64,000 nt of DNA from Octopus sinensis (lineage: Eukaryota), in assembly GCF_006345805.1 (NCBI RefSeq), contig NC_043002.1:97340001-97404000 (forward strand). Reading direction: 5' to 3'. This document shows, one piece after another, positions 53,700-64,000 of this stretch. Under the pieces are notes generated by a model, which had not been told where the DNA came from, did no database searches, and saw only the letters and a list, made by a program, of their open reading frames with translations. The first letter of the stretch is position 1, and every line of letters begins with the position of its first letter. A program made the translations under genes and the position numbers.

Positions 53700-54100
53700 A
53701 TTGCACATTCTGGTATGCAGTGCTGAATTGTAGAAGTGTAGTACGAATTCACGGCTTGAATCTGGTGATAGAACGGAAATGGATGAAGTAGGCTCCGTCT
53801 TTGGCATATGGTGCAAGGAAACGAATGTGACAAAGATGGTAGAGCTGACAGGTCAGTGGGAAGTAAATACCGAAGACGCTTTCCTCGGGAAAGATAGAAA
53901 ATATAGCCAATTGGTTGAAAACAGTGGATGGGACACAATATGCCTTCCCGTAGAAACAGGTGTCTGAGCATTTGTTGAAATCAGGATTCACACTCGATGT
54001 TCAAGAGACTTGGACTAGCTGCGAAGGACAGAAACAAAGTTGCCAAAAAAAAAACTGTCGGAAGCCGCTGTGAAAGCATGCCAGTATATATACTTCAAGT
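53700..54100 (+). mobile_element. HERO/NeSL-like RLE retrotransposon C-terminal fragment
   Basis: IWCKETNVTKMVELTGQWEVNTEDAFLGKDRKYSQLVENSGWDTICLPVETG...FKRLG...SEAAVKA matches the ELT.PWE....A..RK..KY..L...GW.....P.E.G.RG pattern. Confidence 0.7.
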
Positions 54101-54409
54101 GATGCAGCAAGTAACGAACGTTCTAATGGCATTTCTTTCGGCGCATTGCGTTCTGAGTTCAAATTCCGCTGTGATAAAATTTGCTTTTCATTGGAGATCC
54201 ATAAAATAAAGTACCAGTCAAGCACAGAGGTCGATGTTATTGACTCTGCAACGAACCGGTGTTGCGTTCTGAATAATGTAATCTCGGTCACATATCCGTC
54301 ATGGAAATCGGATAAACGGCTTTATGAGTGCTAAGGTCCAAGAAAACTAAATAAAAAAAAGTTTGTGCACAAACTTCGGTCCTACTCTAATTACTATTAT
54401 TTTTTTATG

Positions 54410-54700
54410 CGCCCTTTTCAAATCTAGCCAGGCTCATGGGCCCAGTTTCCCGGTTTCTATGGCGTATGTGACCCCCCCCCCCAGCTGGACGGGACGCCAG
54501 TCCACGCAGCGTTACTCAAGAAACAAGAGTGAGAGAAAGAGTACAACATGGGTCGCCACCCCCAATCCCCACCCTGCCGGAGCCTCGTGGTGCTTTTAGG
54601 TGTTTTCGCTCAATAAACACACAACGCCCAGTCTGGGAATGGAAACCACTATACTCCGACCGCGAGTCCGCTGCCCTAACCCCTAGGCCATTGTGCCTCC
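54410..54700 (-). mobile_element. SINE family C with an alternative 3' half
   Basis: Reverse complement of the family C head (GGAGGCACAATGGCCTAG.GGTTAGGGCAGCGGACTCGCGGTCGGAG). Confidence 0.8.
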
Positions 54701-55125
54701 CCACTCTAATTACTATACGCAATCTTTTCAATCTAGCAAATCCCGATCAGGACCGTGTAACTTCCACATGTGTGCGTGATGTTTGTGAAACGGTTCAACC
54801 ATTTAAACCCGACGATCAATTCAACAGTAATAATACATTTTCCAATATGATATCGCGACAATAAAAAGGAAAACGCCATTAGTAAACATTTCTTTCGGAA
54901 GACGACAGAGTGGAGATTTAGAAGTATGAATGAAACTAAGAACGCTGTTGACCCAAATGAAATCGGAGCCAAACCACAACTGTGGATACACAGTTGCATA
55001 ACAGAGTGTGTGTGCGTATGTTTTTAGCCTCCGAGTAACTACGAACTCTTCGAGCGGAACTCAATCTATTTCTGTCTCGGTCTATGCGTACATGCATGTT
55101 TCTGTGTGCATGTGTGTGGCTGAAT

Positions 55126-55182
<57 letters not shown>

Positions 55183-55464
55183 AAGGATAAACACCTATAT
55201 AGAGTGGAAGCGCCACAATTTCTATGTAAGTATACTGAAAAGATATCCGTCTCGTACAATATATATTATGTAATGCCCAGTAAATGTAGATGCAAACTGC
55301 AGAAATAATTTAATTAGCTCTCTCTCCATATATAGGGCGTGATCGTTTCGTTAAAATACATATATAAATAAGATATATCATCGTTGAACAATTTGCAACA
55401 TTTTATCACACACAGGTACGTGTACATATATATGTATAAATATATATATATATTATATATATAT

Positions 55465-55508
<44 letters not shown>

Positions 55509-55531
55509 CATAACATATATATACATATATA

Positions 55532-55595
<64 letters not shown>

Positions 55596-55648
55596 ATATG
55601 TATATATGCATGTGTGTTTATAAATATATGCATATATGGGTGTGTGTT

Positions 55649-55680
<32 letters not shown>

Positions 55681-55693
55681 ATATATATACATA

Positions 55694-55741
<48 letters not shown>

Positions 55742-55890
55742 GGACGTATACATATATTCAATTATATATATATATACATACATATATATATACATATATA
55801 TACATACATATATACATATATATATAATGTATGTATGTATATATGTATATATGCATGTGTGTTTATAAATATATGCATATATGGGTGTGT

Positions 55891-55925
<35 letters not shown>

Positions 55926-55957
55926 TATGTTTATATATACATATATATACATATATA

Positions 55958-56000
<43 letters not shown>

Positions 56001-56187
56001 ATATATGGACGTATACATATATTCAATTATATATATTATATACTTATTAGGCAGACGGATAGACTGACACACATACACACACTCACACACATACAGAAAG
56101 ACAGACAAACAGGCACTGAAACTGACAGATATTCAGACAGACAGGCAAAAATAGATAGAGAGACAGACAGACAGACAGACAGAAGAC

Positions 56188-56262
<75 letters not shown>

Positions 56263-56602
56263 TCTCTTTCTATCAAGCGTAAAATTTACTTGAAGTGAAT
56301 CTCTAAATGTTTACGAAACGTTAAACGCAATAATCTGAGTTAACTGTGAGATAACCGATAATACAATAATGGAGACAACTTCCTGTTAGTAGTTTGTGAG
56401 AAACTTGTGAGAAAGATTTGTTGTGGTAATCGTTAACCTAGAAAGCGAACAAATTTAGCTCCAAAACATAAACTATATTATATACTTAAATAGATTCTGA
56501 AATTTTATTACAGTAGGTTAAACAAGTAATCAATTTAATTACATTCAGTTATTTGAATAGAAAATTGAATGAAAAAGGATTGCATTATTGTATTATCGGA
56601 TA

Positions 56603-57830
56603 AGGCGGCGAGCTGGCAGAAACGTTAGCACGCCGGGCGAAATGCGTAGCCGTATTTCGTCTGCCGTTACGTTCTGAGTTCAAATCCCGCCGAGGATGAC
56701 TTTGCCTTTCATCCTTTCGGGGTCGGTAAAATAAGTATCAGTTATGCACTGGAGTCGGTAAAATAAGTATCAGTTATGCACTGGGGTCGATATAATCGAC
56801 TTAATCCGTTTGTCTGTACTTGTTTGTCCCCTCTGTGTTTAGCCCCTTGTGGGTAGTATAGAAATAGGTATTTCGTCTGTCTTTATGTTCTGAGTTCTAA
56901 TTCCGCCGAGGTCGACTTTGCCTTTCATCCTTTCGGGGTCGATAAATGAAGGACCAGTTACAAACTGAGGTCGATGTAATCGACTTAATCAGTTTGTCTG
57001 TCCTTGTTTGTCCCCTCTATGTTTAGCCCCTTGTGGGCAGTAAAGAAATAAGAAAACGTTAGCACGCCGGGCGTGCTTAGCGGTATTTCGTCTGCTGCTA
57101 CGTTCTGAGTTCAAATTCCACCGAGGTTGACTTTGCCTTTCATCGTTTCGGGGCCGATAAATTAAGTGCCAGTTGCGTACTGGGGTCGATCGAATCGACT
57201 GGATCCCTCCCTCCAAAATTCGGGCCTTATGCCTAGAATAGAAAAGGGAATCGTAAACACCACGGCATTTCGTCTACCGCTACGTTATGAGTTCAAATTC
57301 TGCCGAGATCGACTTTGCCTTTCATCCTTCGGGGTCGATAAATGAAGGACCAGTTACAAACTGAGGTCGATGTAATCGACTTAATCAGTTTGTCTGTCCT
57401 TGTTTGTCCCCTCTATGTTTAGCCCCTTGTGGGCAGTAAAGAAATAAGAAAACGTTAACACGCCGGGCGTGCTTAGCGGTATTTCGTCTGCTGCTACGTT
57501 CTGAGTTCAAATTCCACCGAGGTTGACTTTGCCTTTCATCGTTTCGGGGCCGATAAATTAAGTGCCAGTTGCGTACTGGGGTCGATCGAATCGACTGGAT
57601 CCCTCCCTCCGAAATTCGGGCCTTATGCCTAGAATAGAAAAGGGAATCGTAAACACCACGGCATTTCGTCTACCGCTACGTTATGAGTTCAAATTCTGCC
57701 GAGATCGACTTTGCCTTTCATCCTTTCGGGGTCGATTAAATAAGTACCAGTGAAAAACTGGGATCGACGTAATCGCCTAGTCCCCTCCCCAAAGAATATC
57801 AGGCTTTGTGCCTTTAGTAGAAAAGATTAT
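56603..57830 (+). mobile_element. SINE family B head-to-tail cluster including a 396-bp near-exact tandem duplication
   Basis: GATAAATGAAGGACCAGTTACAAACTGAGG at 56941 and 57337; about six core repeats in total. Confidence 0.9.
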
Positions 57831-58007
57831 TGTAATATCGGATAAGTTCACCGGGTCATGATTATATAGAGCAGTAGTTCGTAGTAGTTCTCAATTAGGG
57901 TCCATGTAAGATTTTGCTGCAAAAATTCATGGACAATAAACTTATCCAAACTTCTATAATACACAGAATATCTTAACAATTCACTGTTATCCTATTTCAA
58001 ATAGCGT

Positions 58008-58387
58008 GGAGATGCAATGGCCCAGTGGTTAGGGCAGCGGATTCGTGGTCATAGGATCGCGGTTTCGATTCCCAGACCGGGCGTTGTGAGTGTTTATTGA
58101 GCGAAAACACCTAAAAAAGCTCCACGAGGCTCCGGCAGGGATGGTGGTGATCCCTGCTGTACTCTTTCACCACAACTTTCTCTCACTCTTACTTCCTGTT
58201 TCTGTTGTACCTGTATTTCAAAGGGCCGGCCTTGTCACTCTCTGTGTCACGCTGAATATCCCCGAGAACTACGTTAAGGGTACACGTGTCTGTGGAGTGC
58301 TCAGCCACTTACACGTTAATTTCACGAGCAGGCTGTTCCGTTGATTCGGATCAACTGGAACCCTCATCGTCGTAACCGACGGAGTGC
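58008..58387 (+). mobile_element. tRNA-derived SINE family C, full length
   Basis: A box TGGCCCAGTGGTTAGG, B box GGTTTCGATTCCC, 3' end CCCTCATCGTCGTAACCGACGGAGTGC. Confidence 0.88.
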
Positions 58388-59045
58388 TTCCAAAATCCAT
58401 TTCAAATAATATTTCATTCTCAAAATATAATAGCATTATTTTAAACATCCAATGCTTATGAGAGTCCTTTGGTAAAAATAAGCGGGGTTCATAAATAAAC
58501 ATTGGTTGAAAATCACAGGTTTAGAGATTCCATGGGTGTAGAAGGCTGTTTTTATTGGATCTCGTGTCTCGTGATTTTCTCAAAATAAATGGAACATAAC
58601 ATGTATCAGTACAAAAGAATACAGCGCAAAATGAAACAGAAAACTAACACAACCTCCAGGCCCTTCCTGCTTGCGAATTATTTCGTTGAGATGGGAATAT
58701 TGCCGGAAAAACGTAAGGAACCATAAATATATTACATCATTATAAACAATAATAATAATATAAACTTGTTTCCAGTTCAAATATGCTGGAGGTGTGTTCG
58801 CATCCGTAAGGAAACCATTCATTGTATTTTGTTATAGAGAAAGATTCCCGCTATAGACAAACAGGTGGAAATACCCCAAGGCAGCTCACAGCGTTCCCTA
58901 ACAGGTCTGTTGGATGCATGCGTTCCGGGATGGCTATATGTTTCTACATTTTACGGGTCCCAGCCATTGTACTGTGACTATACTGTAACACCGTTTTAAA
59001 GGGTTTAGTCGTAAAAGTCCCCTCTTTCACTTTTCCCTCTCTCCC

Positions 59046-59076
<31 letters not shown>

Positions 59077-59144
59077 GTTGCTCCCACGTGACAGTCGTCC
59101 ATCTTTCTTTTAAACGGACGTTTAAAAGAACGGAGGTGTTTTCT

Positions 59145-59181
<37 letters not shown>

Positions 59182-60057
59182 ATCTCTCTTTTCTATCTTT
59201 TCGCTTTTCAAAAGAATTGTTTCTCCCAGCGTTCACTATTTTTCCCACGTTGTCGATAAATTAAGTGCCAGTTACGCCCTGGGGTCAATAGAATTGACTT
59301 AATCATTTTGCCTGTCCTTGTTTGTCCCCTCTGTGTTTAGCCCCTTGTGGGCAATAAATAAATAAAGAAATGAGAGTGAGTCAGAGAGTGATAGATTATG
59401 TAGTAGGAAACAAAACTGTGTTACAAACAGGTAAGCAACATGCAGAAGAAATGTAAAGATACAATATTTAACATAGTGTAGAAACGAGTTAGAGAGACAC
59501 GACACACAGTACATAACAGACAGCAGAACATAACCCAGACCATAAATTTCCTTTTCTACTTTTGTATGTGTCTCTGTGCGAAAATGATTGTAGGAACACT
59601 GCTGTGCTGATGACGCCTGTTAAAGCAGAAACAAGAGACAACTGTCCTAGTATCACTAGAAAAAAAAAGAGAAGTGAACAGTATTTTCTTTAATGACAGG
59701 TCAAATCTGGAGAATTCTAACATCTTGAGATTATTTCCATATCTTTATTCAGAGTCACTCGCAACTGCCGCCAGCCGGCGTTCATTTACTGTCTCTAGAA
59801 ACGGAGATAATTTTAATAAATCAAAAATTTATCTGTATAATATTTAATATATGTGTATGTGTCTTTGTTGTTCAACTACATGCCACAAACCATACTGAAT
59901 TACTATATCTTAGCTCATTTTCGTTATGTGCGTAGGTGCATGTGTGTATATGTGTGCAAATACATACATACATACATATACATACACACACATATATGTA
60001 CATACATACATACATACATACATACATACATACATACATACATACATACACACACAC

Positions 60058-60091
<34 letters not shown>

Positions 60092-60827
60092 ATTTGTGCG
60101 TACGTACGTATGTATGTAATCATTAGATTATATATTAATACCAAGTTAACACCTCTCAGAAATGTAGACACAATGATATATTACCTGCATGCAGCAAACA
60201 TTGTTACTATCTTATAAACAGAAACATTGTTTTAGAGACAGCAACAGTGCATTATCGACACACACATACTCTCTTTTTTCCCCCTCTTACACACATACAC
60301 ACACTTTCTCTTTCTTCCCTCTCTCTCCTATAGTAGTTTACGTGTAGGCGTTCACGTTAGAATTACGTTGCAAATATTCTGTAATAATTTTTTTATGAAT
60401 CGGAAACTACGTAGGCGAAGAATCAATACACTACATTTCTTCTTTCACAAATCTTTAAGAAAAAAGAAAATAGTAAGGTAAAGAAAAGATATTAGAGAAA
60501 AAAAAAACAGATAGATTTATGCCGGAAAAGATAAAACGTGATTTCGTATATTTTTCTTTAAAAGTTCATTAAACTCGAAGACAAAATAATGATTGTAAGT
60601 GAAACAAATCTACGCCAGACGTAGGAGACTTTCCAGAGAGTAATAGTTGTAATCGCAACACCTCTATCTTGAGGCATTTGAACACAGAATTTACTCAATT
60701 CATAAGATACACATATACATACATACACACATACACACACACACACCACACACACACACACACACGCATACATACATACATACATACAACATACATACAT
60801 ACATACATACATACAACATACATACAT

Positions 60828-61372
60828 GATGGTTCCCCCCTCGTTATCGAGTATGGCCATTGCACGAAGCTTAACTGTTATAGGTGCTGTGATCGAATGT
60901 GATTTTTTAGCCCAGCTAAAGATCTACAATGTCTTGTACAGAATTGGCAACTAAAACGTTTACAGGTAATAGCCGGCTGTAGTTGTAACTGGGCTTCATG
61001 TACCTTTGCATGTCGTTTAAGTCCTCCTGCTGAATTACTCTCTCTTCCACATGCCTGAGAGACATGATTAGTATGGTGTGTAACACCACCACCAGTGGCC
61101 AGGTTGTCACTCATCCGTCTCGCTTTATGACTACGAAGACGGCTCTTGAGTCCAGCTTTACTGAGGCAGGGTCTTGCATAGATACTGCATGTCAGCATCA
61201 TAGGAAGACCCTTCTCATCTGGAAGTGTAACAGTGATGCCCTTCTTGACATCTCTCCTTACTTTCTCATGCGCAACTCGAGATTTCTCAAAAGTAGGTGT
61301 CCCCTCGTGCACAATCCTTCTCCACCTGCTGCAATCAATAGCTATGCCCTTCTATGTGTCAGGAGAGATGCA
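60828..61372 (-). mobile_element. RTE-clade LINE 3' end with three C2H2-like zinc fingers
   Basis: ORF 60878-61312: ...CSIYARPCLSKAGLKSRLRSH...SQACGRESNSAGGLKRHAKVH...CQFCTRHCRSLAGLKNHIRSQH*; upstream A.D.SRWR..V..G; 3' hairpin CTCG-ATAA-CGAG and (ATGT)n tail. Confidence 0.75.
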
Positions 61373-61379
61373 AGCATAC

Positions 61380-61434
<55 letters not shown>

Positions 61435-62681
61435 CAGTATCTCACGGAAGTATGTACACCCCTAAAAATGTTCAGTAATATTGCCATTACTCTGATAATA
61501 TCGAAGGAAAGGAAACGAAATTTATACTGAATAAAATATATCATACATGCAAACATTATACAAATTTGGAACACAAAACAATAAAAATTTTCATAGATAT
61601 GAACGAAATATTAATTTTCAAACGTTACAAAAATGTATACACCCTAAAGAAAATTTGCTATATTCAATATTTTATCCAATTTTTTTTTTTATAAATTCAG
61701 TTATTGCTGATAATTTCAATTTAATAAATTATTTCTCCTGACATTTTTGCACCGGCCATTGTTATTGCATCTGCCTTGGTGAAAATCTTTTTCATTGTGA
61801 ATAAAATGGCATCAAAAGAAAAAGAATTGTTTGAACCAGTGTGGTCTTCATGTGCGCATTCCTCGTAGGAAGCCTCTCCTTACTTCCAGGTATAAATTAA
61901 GTTGTCTTTCGTTTGCCGAAACCTATGTGAGTAAGGCGAAGGGGTTTTGGAATAAAATTGTTTTTTCTGACGAGACTAAAAATCAACTTGTTTGGGTCAG
62001 ATGGTATTAAACGTGTATGGGACGACCAGGTGAAGATAATAGCGACAAGTGCACCGTGCCTACCGTGAAACATGGCGGCGGAAGTGTGGAAGGACATACA
62101 TTTATTGAGAGAACAATGGATTCAAGGCTTTATTGTGACATGTTGCAGAAAACAATGTTGAAAAGCATCAAGGAACTAGGAAGATATTTCATGTTCCAAC
62201 ATGATAATGACCCTAAACACACTTCAAGGATGACGACTAAGTTTTTATCAAATAAAAAGGTAAAGATATTACCTTGGCCTACCATCTTACCTGATTTAAA
62301 CCCAATAGAACATTTGTTGGGTGTTTTGAAAAGGGAGATTGAGGAGAAAAAACACTGCAGTGTAACACAGTTAATAGAATTCATTCAGGATGAATTGAGG
62401 TCAAATATATCGGTTATATGCGGAACTTTAGCCCAGAAGACTTAATACAGTCATAGAAAGCAAGGGTGGTCACACCAAATATTGAATATAGCAAATTTCG
62501 TTTAGGGTGTACATATTTTTCTATCGTTTGAAAATTAACATTTTGTTCATATCTTTGAAAATGTTTAGTGCTTTTTGATCTTTTATTCAGTATAAATTTC
62601 ATTTGATTTCCTTCGATATTATCGGAGTAATGGCAATTTTACTGAGATTTTTAGGGGTGTATACAATTCTTTGAGATATTA
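61435..62681 (+). mobile_element. Tc1 (DD34E) DNA transposon, internally deleted, with IR/DR-type long TIRs
   Basis: TIRs ~61435-61670 and ~62477-62681, each with two TACACCC.TAAA-like direct repeats; transposase remnants LFSDETKINLFGSDG, TVKHGGGSV, FQHDNDPKHTS, WP...PDLNPIEH (34 residues between D and E); TA context. Confidence 0.93.
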
Positions 62682-62689
62682 TATACAGC

Positions 62690-62732
<43 letters not shown>

Positions 62733-62762
62733 CTCTCTCGCTCTCTCTCTCTCTCTCTGTAT

Positions 62763-62808
<46 letters not shown>

Positions 62809-62950
62809 AATTATTAGAGAGTTAACCACTATGTGGATAACTCTAGTGCTAAAAATAGCCCCGAGAGTACAGCCACAGAAAAAGATGTTTCCAATCAGAA
62901 ATAACACACATTTAACGGAGGGAAAGTGAAATATAACGAATAAATAGATT

Positions 62951-63029
62951 GACCCTGAACAAATTGTTTCATTACTAATGTAATATGTAATTTTACTTAC
63001 ATAAACATCTATAAATCATCAGCAGAGGT
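62951..63029 (-). ncRNA. Type I hammerhead ribozyme, same family as 47341
   Basis: ACCTCTG-CTGATGA-T-TTA..ATGT.TATGTAA-GTAAAA-TTACATA..ACAT..TAA-T-GAAA-CAA-T-TTG-TT-CAGGGT; flanks (62810-63125) resemble 47276-47565. Confidence 0.8.
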
Positions 63030-63129
63030 TTGTCTTAAATACAATCCATTAGACCGACACGAGCGTCAAAAACACGTGCGGTTTAACGAATTGCATTTTT
63101 AGTTATGCCTCAAATTTTTCAGCCTCATT

Positions 63130-63253
<124 letters not shown>

Positions 63254-63545
63254 TGAAGGTGCATGACTTAGTGGTAAGGATGTTGCACTCTCGATTGTGA
63301 GGTCGTGGTTTCGATACCCAGATCGGGTGTTACTTTGTGTTCTTGAGCACATTTCTTGTTGGTCTGCGATTATTTCGTCATCTGACATGTGACCCATGCT
63401 GCACCTGTACAGATAATGTCGACTTCATGGAGGAATGAGTTTATGTAAAAACAAACAGTCGATCATTATAGACAAATCATTTGTGTGGTTGTTCGGCAAG
63501 AAATTGCTGAGCCCCCATACGTCATCTAATGACGGAAGAGTCTAT

Positions 63546-63584
<39 letters not shown>

Positions 63585-63585
<1 letters not shown>

Positions 63586-63995
63586 CGCAGGAGTGGCTCT
63601 GTGGTAAGTAGCTTGCTTACCGACCACATGGTTCCGGGTTCAGTTCCACTGCGTGACACCTTGGGCACGAGATGGCAGAATCGTTAGCATGCCGGGCGAA
63701 ATGCTTGCCTTTCATCCTTTCGGGGTCGATTAAATAAGTAGCAGTTACGCACTGGGGTCATGTAATCGACTTAATCCGTTTGTCTGTCCTTGTTTGTCCT
63801 GTCTGTGTTTAGCCCCTTGTGGGTAGAAAAGAAATAGGTATTTTTTCTGCCGCTAAGTTCCGAGTTCAAATTCCGCCGAGGTCGACTGTGCCTTTCATAC
63901 TTTCGGAGTTGATAAATTAAGTACCAGTTAAATACTGGGATCGATGTAATCGACTTATCCCCTTCAAAAAGTGTCAGACGTTGTGCCTACAGCAG
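63585..63995 (+). mobile_element. Family A head followed by family B SINE copies
   Basis: GCGCAGGAGTGGCT.TGTGGTAAG... to 63668, then TGGCAGAATCGTTAGCA... and two family B cores. Confidence 0.8.
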
Positions 63996-64000
63996 AAATG

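Noticed and set aside
58008-58080. tRNA genes at SINE heads
   Set aside because: A and B boxes are present, but the sequences continue into shared SINE bodies and lack a complete cloverleaf and terminator.
58661-58805. Two small plus-strand AG…GTAAGG candidate exons
   Set aside because: Very short, no recognisable peptide and no supporting neighbouring exons.
59541-59650. CTGATGA…GAAAC motif at ~59606, and the GAAA-CTATGCATAG-TC motif at ~52073-52124
   Set aside because: Stem I or the core is too degenerate to call as a feature; probably decayed hammerheads.

Overview
AT-rich, microsatellite-saturated eukaryotic DNA. The SINE/LINE repertoire is most consistent with a cephalopod (Octopus-like) intron or intergenic region. 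I found no confident host protein-coding gene, and almost all listed ORFs are translations of simple repeats. The window holds several tRNA-derived SINE families, decayed LINEs (RTE, R4/Dong-like, L1/Tx1-like, HERO-like, CR1-like), a Penelope-like element (RT thumb plus GIY-YIG), a DD34E Tc1 transposon, a mariner-type MITE and a Helentron-type HINE. The main signal is a ~5 kb array (4378-9343) of a near-identical 476-bp unit, each copy carrying a type I hammerhead ribozyme (HHR) with an intact core (11 copies). The array flips orientation at a 3-nt microhomology and has both 3' ends in (TA)n, as expected for a retrozyme-like circular RNA copied by rolling-circle, twin-primed reverse transcription. 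More than a dozen further HHR motifs from several families occur across the window, including U3-A8 compensatory core variants and a recurrent U-U pair at the base of stem II. All motifs were read by eye; none has been checked by database search or assay.
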